Assembly: GCA_031256725.1 (NCBI GenBank)
Contig: JAIRQE010000005.1
Span: 113,250-145,249, forward strand
Direction: 5' to 3'
Length of the DNA stretch: 32,000 nucleotides
Source of the DNA: Propionibacteriaceae bacterium
GTDB lineage: Bacteria > Actinomycetota > Actinomycetes > Propionibacteriales > Propionibacteriaceae
In this document: piece by piece, positions 10,136 to 17,790 of the stretch
Layout: every line of letters begins with the position of its first letter
Position numbering within the stretch: the first letter of the stretch is position 1
Made by a program: the position numbers and the translations under genes
Notes under the pieces: generated by a model
Database searches by the model: none
Told to the model about the DNA's origin: nothing
What the model saw: the letters and a program-made list of their open reading frames with translations, nothing else

Positions 10136-10308
10136 TACTCATCCCCCTCTCCCACCGCAAGTGGGCCAATCGACCCTCGTTCATCAGTTTCCCACACGAA
10201 TGGTCCAGTTGCGGGCCAGTTTTCGTATTTACCACTGACGTACGTGGGCCATTTAACGCAATAAGCCGTGCCAACGCAGCGAGGGGCCACCTATCACGAG
10301 AATCGATA

Positions 10309-11850
10309 TCAGTGGAAGAAGTGTCGTACCCCTGTGAAGTACAAAGCCACCCCGGCAGCCTCACATGCGTCAATGACGTCCTGGTCGCGGATGGATCCAC
10401 CGGGTTGAACAATAGCTCGTACTCCTGCCTCAATCAGCAACTTGGGGCCATCAGCAAAGGGAAAGAAAGCATCGGAAGCAGCCACTGAACCCGGGGCTCG
10501 ATCCCCAGCACGCTCAATCGCCAACTTGCAGGAATCCACTCGGTTGACCTGACCCATGCCTACACCCACGGAGGCTCCAGCGTCGGCAAGAAGGATCGCA
10601 TTGGATTTCACGGCGCGTACCGCTTTCCAGGCGAAAGCCAAATCCCGCAAGGTAGCCTCATCGACAGCAGAACCGGCTTTGAGTTCCCAATTGTTGGGGT
10701 CGTCACCCTTGGCGTCGATATAGTCGGGAGTTTGTACCAGCATCCCTCCTGAGATGGGACGCAACTCTGTTGGTACTCTCGGATAGGGGGCAGCTTGAAG
10801 GATGCGCAGGTTCTTTTTCTTCTTAAGTATCTCCAAGGCCTCGGGTTCAAATCCTGGAGCGATGATAACCTCGGTGAAGATCTCAGCCAGGTTTTCAGCC
10901 AGTCCGACAGTGACCTCACGGTTCGCAGCCACGACACCACCATAGGCGGACAATGGATCACAGGCGTGGGCCTTCAGGTGGGCCTCAGCAATCGTTGATC
11001 CCACTGCAATCCCACAAGGATTAGCGTGTTTGATGATGGCAACAGCCGGATCAGCGTGGTCATAGCAGGCACGATAGGCAGCCTCAGTATCCACATAGTT
11101 GTTGTAGCTCATCTCCTTACCACCCAGTTGCTCAGCCTGGGCCAAGGCCGTGTCCCAGCCCACGTACAACGCTGCTGTCTGGTGCGAGTTCTCCCCATAT
11201 CGTAAAGGCTGAGCGAGGTGATAAGCGCGTACCATCCACTCAGGACCACCCTCGGCCGGGAAGGTCTCGGTCATCCAGGTTGCCACTGCCACATCATAGG
11301 AAGCAGTATGAATGAAGGCCTGCTTGGCGAGAATCTGACGCTCGGCCAGGGTGTACCCTCCTTCTGCGAGAGCCTCCGCTACGGAATCGTACTGGGTTGG
11401 AGATGTGAGTACAGCGACACTGGGATGATTCTTGGCAGCCGCACGTACCATCGACGGCCCACCGATATCGATCTGCTCCACACATTCATCCTGGGTCGCA
11501 CCCGAGGCCACCGTCTGGGTGAACGGATACAGGTTGGTGACCACCAGATCGAAGGCAGCAACCCCCAACTCGGCCAACTGCTTAACATGGGAATCCAGTC
11601 GGCGATCAGCCAGGATACCGGCATGGATCTTCGGATGGAGGGTCTTCACCCGCCCATCAAGACACTCAGGGAAACCCGTCACATCTTCGACACCGGTCAC
11701 AGGGATTCCGGCCTTAGCCAAGGTGGCAGCAGTAGACCCCGTGGAGACGATCTCCACCCCCGCGTCCGTGAGTTGTTTCCCGAGCTCAACGAGCCCAGTC
11801 TTGTCATAAACACTTACCAATGCTCGACGTATCTCGATCCGATCAGCCAT
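10309..11850 (-). CDS. purH: bifunctional AICAR formyltransferase / IMP cyclohydrolase
   Basis: 513 aa. [33 protein letters not shown] and C-terminal VRHFFH. The start overlaps the purN stop by 8 nt. Confidence 0.97.
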   Translation of the reverse strand: MADRIEIRRALVSVYDKTGLVELGKQLTDAGVEIVSTGSTAATLAKAGIPVTGVEDVTGFPECLDGRVKTLHPKIHAGILADRRLDSHVKQLAELGVAAFDLVVTNLYPFTQTVASGATQDECVEQIDIGGPSMVRAAAKNHPSVAVLTSPTQYDSVAEALAEGGYTLAERQILAKQAFIHTASYDVAVATWMTETFPAEGGPEWMVRAYHLAQPLRYGENSHQTAALYVGWDTALAQAEQLGGKEMSYNNYVDTEAAYRACYDHADPAVAIIKHANPCGIAVGSTIAEAHLKAHACDPLSAYGGVVAANREVTVGLAENLAEIFTEVIIAPGFEPEALEILKKKKNLRILQAAPYPRVPTELRPISGGMLVQTPDYIDAKGDDPNNWELKAGSAVDEATLRDLAFAWKAVRAVKSNAILLADAGASVGVGMGQVNRVDSCKLAIERAGDRAPGSVAASDAFFPFADGPKLLIEAGVRAIVQPGGSIRDQDVIDACEAAGVALYFTGVRHFFH

Positions 11851-12418
11851 CTTTCCTCCAGTTCTTTACGACCTCGACCAGAAGTCGCCTTTCCACGATT
11901 TTGATCCGCTCGTGAAGAGTTGCCTCGTCATCATGCGGAAGTACATCCACTGCCTCTTGGGCAATAATGGGCCCAGTATCAATCCCCTCATCAACGGCGA
12001 AGACAGTACATCCAGTCACCTTCACCCCGGCTTCGAGAGCGTCCCTGACGGCATGGGCCCCCGGAAAACTCGGTAACAATGCTGGATGGGTGTTGATGAA
12101 TTTCCCTCCAAACTGCGTCAGGAAATGCGTGCCCACCAGTTTCATGAATCCAGCAGAGATCACAAGATCAGGCTCGAATTGGGCCACTGCAGTGGCTAGA
12201 TCCCGATCCCAGAGTTCACGATCCTGCCCCTTACGAAGAGGGAGTACGAAGGTGGGAATCCCCTTCGATGTTGCCCTAGTGATCCCCTCTGCCTGTCGGT
12301 CCGCTCCCACTGCAACAACTGTAGCCGCGAGCCCACCAGTGTCGATAGTGTCGAGGAGGGCTTGAAGGAGGGTACCCGTACCAGAGATGAGTACGACACA
12401 TTTCAAGGATTCAGGCAC
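11843..12418 (-). CDS. purN: phosphoribosylglycinamide formyltransferase
   Basis: 191 aa. [29 protein letters not shown], and the folate-binding region D.GPII.Q (here DTGPIIAQ). Confidence 0.93.
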   Translation of the reverse strand: MPESLKCVVLISGTGTLLQALLDTIDTGGLAATVVAVGADRQAEGITRATSKGIPTFVLPLRKGQDRELWDRDLATAVAQFEPDLVISAGFMKLVGTHFLTQFGGKFINTHPALLPSFPGAHAVRDALEAGVKVTGCTVFAVDEGIDTGPIIAQEAVDVLPHDDEATLHERIKIVERRLLVEVVKNWRKDG

Positions 12419-12517
12419 AGGAATACTCTACTGGATTGAAATAGGGTCACAGTCACCACATTCACTCCCACGTTCATCAGCAAGTCCTATACGCCAAGAG
12501 ATACGTCCCCTGACACA

Positions 12518-12526
12518 CCCCCCCCC
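12518..12526. repeat. C9 (G9 on the purN strand) homopolymer tract
   Basis: Nine consecutive C at 12518..12526. They are flanked by the direct repeat CCCCTGACAC (12507..12516 and 12523..12532, overlapping the tract). Confidence 0.9.
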
Positions 12527-12562
12527 TGACACGTCCCCCACTGTCATCCAGGATGATATCCT

Positions 12563-12677
12563 ATTCACAATAGTCCCTGCAAAAGTTCACAAAATCAACA
12601 TGATTCCAAAGCCTTCACATGGATTGTGAACTTGCACTCTATGGAGAGCCCTCTGAGTACGTCAGAGTTCACAATCC
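12563..12677. promoter_or_regulatory. cluster of TTCACAA/TTGTGAA motifs, including a perfect 12-bp inverted repeat, upstream of purN
   Basis: ATTCACAAT starts at 12563 and GTTCACAAA at 12585. GGATTGTGAACT (12621..12632) is the exact reverse complement of AGTTCACAATCC (12666..12677), with a 33-nt spacer. The cluster lies in the 304-bp spacer between the perM stop and the purN start. Confidence 0.5.
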
Positions 12678-12722
12678 TGTCTAGGGTCACCCTTTATGCC
12701 CTGAAATTGTGCGGTTTTACCA

Positions 12723-14522
12723 TCAGGATTCATCATCCCCATGGAAATCTAGGGGCAATTGCTCACCAATGATTAGATCATAGGCCTTATCGGGGTTTAG
12801 CGAGGTCGTGGACTCTTCAATAGATCCATGAGATTCCTCAATGTTCCTCTTCTTGGCTTTTTGGAAGACGGGACCCAACCATCCCATCCTACGCTTGACT
12901 GAGAGTTCCTCCTTCGTGAGCGATGATGGGCCTTCAAGTTCACCTGCGGGAGAATCCACAAAACGGGTTACGATCGTCATCTCAGATTCACGATTGGACT
13001 CGGAATCCTTCACGACCATCGTAGGTTTGTCTCCATCCTGTCGTGAGGACTCTTGTACCTCAGGAACAGAATCCGGCAACTGAGAGGTTTCCTCCGATTC
13101 AGGATCGGGGTGACTGCGCCTTCCTCGGGGCAGTGGTTCACCTGTTTCCTCCATCAATTCGGGTCCACCCCTCTTGGGCCAACGTACCAACTGGGTCGCT
13201 CTTTCATAGGTCTCGGTTGGCTCATCATTAGGGGTACCTGTACCCCACCGTGACCACCACCAGGGATCAGCAGGACCAACGGGTTTACGTACCAAACCAA
13301 GAATCAGACCAGTTAGAATCCCCGCCAACCCCATGAGACTAGGAGCTACCACCAGCAGAGGTAGGAGCATCGGTCCAAGGCTGGACAGCCGATCAACACC
13401 AAGACTTCCCGAAGTCAAGGTGGCCAAACCAACTAATGCTAGGCCGGCTAGTACCCCTGAAAGCCCCCCAACTAGGGCTGTTTCGTCGAAACGGACTGCA
13501 GGACGTACCCTCAAAACCATGAGGGCGGCCACTGCACCAGCCAGTACGGGGATGGCCAGCCACGCGAGACTGGCGGGATCAGGGTCGGTGGGCAGGGCAG
13601 CAGTGATCGGGAAAGCGGGAAGCAGACCCACATGGGAGCCAGCCAGAGAGATGACCGACTCGTCACCGATCGTGAACCCAGGACCGAAAGACCAGGAGGT
13701 ACACCACATGATGATATTAGGCGAGTAGAAGAACTGAATGAGCGTGAGAACAATGACTCCAACCCAGCCAGGATAGAGGTGATCGGTGAGCGTGAGGAAG
13801 AGTTCCCGATTGAGGATCAGCGATGTGAGAAGTACAACAAACCCACCGATAATCGCGACGAGGACACCGGAGCCCACAGCTTGAGGGATTGCCTGAGTCC
13901 AGATGGGCCAGATTGGCCGCTGTTCCCAGCGAATCGTTTTCCGTGACCCCAGGAAACTCATCACTGCTGAAAGCAGGATCGCTCCGATACCTGCACGGGT
14001 ATTGGGCCCGCCCGCGTCAATGAACAGTGCTGCCCCCACGACAAGTGATGCATAGGTGGCGGTGATCACTCCAACCACCTTGGCGATTACCTGGGGTCTA
14101 CGCAGATCATCCCCACCACTGCGATCCGCTTGCTTTCCACAGTACCCTCCGACCCCATGGAGAAGGAGCCCGACCATGGCAGTCAATCCGAGGGGTACAA
14201 GAGTGATGGTGGTTGCCCCCAATTGAAGAACCCCACCATGTATCAGGAGCCAGATTCGGGTGGACAACCGCAGGGTTTCGGAAACATTGATCTCTTCTTG
14301 GGTCACCACCGAGGTGAGTACCATAGCTGCGATGACTGCCCATCCCGCGACTGCACACAGGATGGCACCACCAACCCCAGCTATCCACCAGGGCATTGTT
14401 GGCTGAGGTACCTGCTCTTGGGCAGGCTCGTATGTTTCCAGAGTTAGTCGTGCCGTGAGAGAGTCTTCGCGAACCATCCCTTCATTCTGGCTTGGGGTTT
14501 GAGTACTGGGGGACTCCCACAC
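12723..14522 (-). CDS. perM: polytopic membrane protein, PerM-like (cell-division associated), with long acidic C-terminal tail
   Basis: 599 aa, about 10 hydrophobic helices followed by a roughly 190-aa Glu/Ser/Pro-rich tail. The position directly upstream of purN-purH matches M. tuberculosis Rv0955(perM)-purN-purH, recalled from memory. GTG start at 14522 lacks a clear SD, so the start is uncertain (ATG 14477 is the alternative). Confidence 0.55.
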   Translation of the reverse strand: MWESPSTQTPSQNEGMVREDSLTARLTLETYEPAQEQVPQPTMPWWIAGVGGAILCAVAGWAVIAAMVLTSVVTQEEINVSETLRLSTRIWLLIHGGVLQLGATTITLVPLGLTAMVGLLLHGVGGYCGKQADRSGGDDLRRPQVIAKVVGVITATYASLVVGAALFIDAGGPNTRAGIGAILLSAVMSFLGSRKTIRWEQRPIWPIWTQAIPQAVGSGVLVAIIGGFVVLLTSLILNRELFLTLTDHLYPGWVGVIVLTLIQFFYSPNIIMWCTSWSFGPGFTIGDESVISLAGSHVGLLPAFPITAALPTDPDPASLAWLAIPVLAGAVAALMVLRVRPAVRFDETALVGGLSGVLAGLALVGLATLTSGSLGVDRLSSLGPMLLPLLVVAPSLMGLAGILTGLILGLVRKPVGPADPWWWSRWGTGTPNDEPTETYERATQLVRWPKRGGPELMEETGEPLPRGRRSHPDPESEETSQLPDSVPEVQESSRQDGDKPTMVVKDSESNRESEMTIVTRFVDSPAGELEGPSSLTKEELSVKRRMGWLGPVFQKAKKRNIEESHGSIEESTTSLNPDKAYDLIIGEQLPLDFHGDDES

Positions 14523-14670
14523 GCATGTCTGGTGAATTTACCCATGTTGTCCATAACCTGTTGGCTGGATCAGATGAAGATGATCTGGCTACCCTCCAAG
14601 AGTTTCACGAAGTCGGTGGCACTGACGACCGCTTTGGCACCGTCGAAAAGATCGACCTCAAAGAGCTTCA

Positions 14671-14943
14671 TTATGTCGAAGGACAGTCAGCAAGCCCGAC
14701 CTGCTCATCCCATTGATCATAGTCGGTGAGGAAACCCTCAGCATCGACATTGACTTCACGCTCTGCGATGGTTGAGGTTTCCACGGCTGTTGAGTCTTTG
14801 ATGGCAACGCGTGTAGTTCCCACTGTCGGTTGAGTCTGCGGAGTAATGGTCTTCGATTTCTCCGACTCTTTCTTAGTCCGTACGATGTACGGCTTCATTC
14901 GGTGAAGAAATCTTCTGTGGATCGATGACGTGTTTCCCTCCAT
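14671..14943 (-). CDS. hypothetical small protein (75-90 aa) with a DsrC/TusE-like D-x-EGFL-x4-W motif; uncertain
   Basis: Only sizeable minus-strand ORF in the 564-bp pcrA-perM gap. It ends ...VNVDAEGFLTDYDQWDEQVGLADCPST*. Its TAA overlaps the ATG (TAATG) of a 33-codon ORF (MKLFEVDLFDGAKAVVSATDFVKLLEGSQIIFI). Codon first-base G enrichment is gene-like. No strong SD for ATG 14898; GGGGG precedes ATG 14943. Confidence 0.3.
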   Translation of the reverse strand: MEGNTSSIHRRFLHRMKPYIVRTKKESEKSKTITPQTQPTVGTTRVAIKDSTAVETSTIAEREVNVDAEGFLTDYDQWDEQVGLADCPST

Positions 14944-15086
14944 CGAGCCCCCATGGAAATGGCGTAAGACCTCCGCCAGACGTTCCGAACCGCCACAGAA
15001 TCAAGATTTCATCATCATTGAAGGATGTGGATGACCCAATGTCCTCGTGGTGTGACCACGGCTGAATACAACGGAACAAGAAGGAT

Positions 15087-17699
15087 CTACAGCTTCTCCA
15101 CTGGGGAGTGTTTGAGCGAAAGGATCTTCGTACCATAGGAGCCGAAGTCGACCTTGGCTCGAGGATCGCCACTATGATCGAAGGCTTCGAGTACTGTACC
15201 CAATCCGAAGGAGGAGTGGATCACTCGGTCTCCAGCTACGAGATCAGGAACGATCTTAGGCTTTGCGGAGGTGGAACGGATCGAGGATTGAAGTTTTTCG
15301 GGTGCCGTTTTGGTACGCATCTGTGGAGTGGGAGCGACACTTGCCCCCCAGTTGGCGACTCGTCCCTGGCGGCGCCATTCGATGAGTCGTTCGGGAATCT
15401 CACTCAGGAATCGACTCTCGGGATTGTAGGCCGGATTCCCCCAGAGGGTACGTACCTCGCTGCGTGAGACATAGAGTCTGTTGCGGGCACGGGTCAATCC
15501 GACGTAGGCGAGACGTCTTTCCTCCTCTAGTTCTGCACGTGATGATTGGGCTCTCTCATGAGGGAATAACCCCTCCTCGAATCCAGTCACAAAGACAGTG
15601 TCGAACTCTAGCCCCTTGGCTGTGTGGAGGGTCATCAGGGTGACCACTGCCTCACCCACTTTCCCGTCAGGGATCTGATCGGAGTCGGCTACGAGAGCGA
15701 TCCTTTCCAGGAAGGCTGGCAGGGAGTCATCAGGTTCTGGTGCTCCCATGAGTCCTACGTGATTATCGTCGTGGGTTTCCCCGGATTCTTGTCTGGATCC
15801 TGCGACGGAGCGCAGGATGACGGGGTTGGACTCTGAACTACCCAACCATTCGCCTGCATCCCCGTCCAGGGGATCATCGTCATGGGTGATCCCATCCTCG
15901 ACATCAATCTCGTGAGCTGCCCCAACGAACTCCGTCGCAACAGCAATGAGTTCAGCGAGGTTCTCCAGTCGAGTCTCATCTTGGGGGTCTTGGGAATCCT
16001 TAAGAATGTCGAGATAACCAGACTCTTGAAGGATGGACCTCAGGATCTCGTCGGCGGGCACCCCCGCAGTAATCATCTCGCGATGCTTCGACATCAACTC
16101 AGCAAACCGAGCTAAGCCATTGACCGCACGAGCACTCAACCCCGGAATAGTGTCGGCACCCTCAATGGCTTCGGTAATCGTGATCGACTTCGCCCGAGCA
16201 TGAGACCTTACAGTCTCCTGAGTCGTATCCCCGATACCACGCCGAGGTACGTTGATGATCCGCTCAATAGACACCTCATCAGCCGGATTAGCCAAGGCCC
16301 TCAAATAGGCGATGGCATCGCGTACCTCCCGACGCTCATAGAACTTCACGCCACCGACAACCCGATAGGGAACCCCCAACCGAATGAAGACATCCTCAAC
16401 AGCCCGAGACTGGGCATTCGTACGATAAAAAACAGCCGCATCCCCTAACCGCGACTCCCCCGCAGCCGAGAGGGTTCGTATCTCGTCAGCGATAAACCGG
16501 GCCTCATCATGCTCGGTGTCCCCCACATAGCCAACCACAAGCGGACCATCTCCCGCATCAGTCCACAGGTTCTTCTCAGGCCGGGAACGATTGTGCCGAA
16601 TCAGTGAATTGGCAGCCGAAAGAATGTTCTGGGTCGAACGGTAATTCTGTTCCAGTTGGATGACCCGGGCACCCGGAAAGTCCTCAGAAAAGTTGAGGAT
16701 ATTCGTGATCGACGCCCCCCGGAAAGCATAGATCGACTGATCCGAATCACCAACCACCATCAACTCTGGAGCCTCACCATGCCCAGCCCCACCTTCAGGA
16801 GAACAGAGCAACTGTATTAACACGTACTGCGCATGGTTGGTGTCCTGATATTCATCCACAAGTACGTGCCGGAATCGCCGACGGTACTTCTCACGAACCT
16901 CTGAATGCTCCCGAAACAAACGTACTGTCGACATCAGAAGGTCATCAAAATCCAGAGCCTCGGCCGCAATCAAGCGATCCCTATATTCAGCATAAACCTC
17001 AGCATAAACACTCACTGGATATTTAGTACTCGAAGCCAAGGCCTCATCCGCCCACACCAGCGCATTCTTCTGATCAGAGATCCACGAGCGTACCGTTCGT
17101 ACAGGAAACTTCTTTGTATCCAGGTTCTTCTCGCGAAGAATCGTACTCACAAGTCTCTTCGAATCCATGTCATCGTAGATCGAAAAAGTCTTCGACACCC
17201 CAAGTTTGTCGATATCGGCCCGAAGGATGCGTACACACGCACTGTGGAAGGTCGCCACCCACATGTACCGCGAGCGATTCCCCACTAGTTCGCCAACCCG
17301 CTCCCTCATCTCAGCAGCAGCCTTATTCGTGAAGGTGATCGCCAGGATCGCACCAGGATGTACCCCACCAGCAGAGATCAAATAGGCAATCCTTCGAGTC
17401 AGTACACGAGTCTTCCCCGACCCTGCCCCCGCCACGACAAGCAGCGGTGACCCACAATGAAGGACAGCCTGCTCTTGCGGAGGATTGAGCCCCTCAACAA
17501 GGGCGGCAATACGATCAGCCTGAGAGGGTGAGTCATCGTCTCGAGAGTACCCATGGTCTGGCGAGAATCCTTGGTCGTGAGTGTACCCATCCTCAGTAGG
17601 AGGCTCAGCCTCAGGATCAGGTGGTGGCTCACTCATCTGTGCAGCGAACAGCGCCTCCACATCCTCTGCAGAGAAACCTTCATCAAACACCGAATTCAT
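15087..17699 (-). CDS. pcrA: ATP-dependent DNA helicase PcrA (UvrD/Rep superfamily 1)
   Basis: 870 aa. Walker A AGAGSGKTRVLT, VDEYQDTN, QNYRST, and LHTAKGLEFDTVFVTG followed by RRLAYVGLTRAR. It has an acidic N-terminal extension and a C-terminal Tudor-like tail typical of actinobacterial PcrA/UvrD1. Confidence 0.93.
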   Translation of the reverse strand: MNSVFDEGFSAEDVEALFAAQMSEPPPDPEAEPPTEDGYTHDQGFSPDHGYSRDDDSPSQADRIAALVEGLNPPQEQAVLHCGSPLLVVAGAGSGKTRVLTRRIAYLISAGGVHPGAILAITFTNKAAAEMRERVGELVGNRSRYMWVATFHSACVRILRADIDKLGVSKTFSIYDDMDSKRLVSTILREKNLDTKKFPVRTVRSWISDQKNALVWADEALASSTKYPVSVYAEVYAEYRDRLIAAEALDFDDLLMSTVRLFREHSEVREKYRRRFRHVLVDEYQDTNHAQYVLIQLLCSPEGGAGHGEAPELMVVGDSDQSIYAFRGASITNILNFSEDFPGARVIQLEQNYRSTQNILSAANSLIRHNRSRPEKNLWTDAGDGPLVVGYVGDTEHDEARFIADEIRTLSAAGESRLGDAAVFYRTNAQSRAVEDVFIRLGVPYRVVGGVKFYERREVRDAIAYLRALANPADEVSIERIINVPRRGIGDTTQETVRSHARAKSITITEAIEGADTIPGLSARAVNGLARFAELMSKHREMITAGVPADEILRSILQESGYLDILKDSQDPQDETRLENLAELIAVATEFVGAAHEIDVEDGITHDDDPLDGDAGEWLGSSESNPVILRSVAGSRQESGETHDDNHVGLMGAPEPDDSLPAFLERIALVADSDQIPDGKVGEAVVTLMTLHTAKGLEFDTVFVTGFEEGLFPHERAQSSRAELEEERRLAYVGLTRARNRLYVSRSEVRTLWGNPAYNPESRFLSEIPERLIEWRRQGRVANWGASVAPTPQMRTKTAPEKLQSSIRSTSAKPKIVPDLVAGDRVIHSSFGLGTVLEAFDHSGDPRAKVDFGSYGTKILSLKHSPVEKL
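15792..15823 (+). repeat. hairpin repeat copy S4 inside pcrA: TCTGG ATCCTGCG ACGGAG CGCAGGAT GACGG
   Basis: Perfect 8-bp stem (15797..15804 / 15811..15818). About 40 nt of near-identity to S3. Lies within the pcrA ORF. Confidence 0.8.
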
Positions 17700-17722
17700 C
17701 CTTCATCAAACACCGAATTCAT
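17677..17722. repeat. perfect 23-bp tandem duplication spanning the pcrA start codon
   Basis: CCTTCATCAAACACCGAATTCAT occurs at 17677..17699 and again at 17700..17722. Each copy contains CAT, which is ATG on the minus strand. Confidence 0.95.
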
Positions 17723-17790
17723 AAGGCCACCTACTCTACGACCCACCACCGACAAACTCTCGGATTGGCCTAGGTGTTGCGCCAAAGGGA

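Noticed and set aside
11218-11904. Long shadow ORFs antisense to purH (228 aa). Others lie antisense to icd (24099..24860), the kinase (20341..20886), GlsB (18776..19243) and the histidine-phosphatase/GNAT genes (27479..28072).
   Set aside because: All lie opposite strongly motif-supported genes. They have Arg/Ser/Pro-rich compositions typical of antisense frames and no recognisable domains.
12621-12634. 14-nt identity GGATTGTGAACTTG between the purN leader and the folC-like coding region (26387..26400)
   Set aside because: By my rough estimate, several 14-mer matches are expected by chance in a 32-kb window counting both strands. The flanks do not extend the match.
12419-12722. ZTP (pfl) riboswitch upstream of purN-purH, which is common in actinobacteria
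   Set aside because: I read the minus strand of the whole spacer. The conserved 3' CCGCCUGGGC element and the GGGUCGUGAC-type 5' sub-domain, as I remember the consensus, are absent. An Infernal scan would be the decisive check.
14525-14716. RiPP (thiopeptide/lanthipeptide-like) precursor: an acidic leader with a ...GG motif and a Ser/Thr/Cys-rich C-terminus (GQSASPTCSSH)
   Set aside because: No modification enzymes, transporter or protease genes are nearby. The ORF is codon-aligned antisense to an equally plausible minus-strand ORF. I keep it only as part of the gap finding.
14671-14760. Calling the small minus-strand ORF a genuine TusE/DsrC sulfur-relay protein
   Set aside because: Only the roughly 15-residue N-terminal motif matches. 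The HW motif and the C-terminal conserved Cys tail are absent in all three frames, and the N-terminal extension is atypical.
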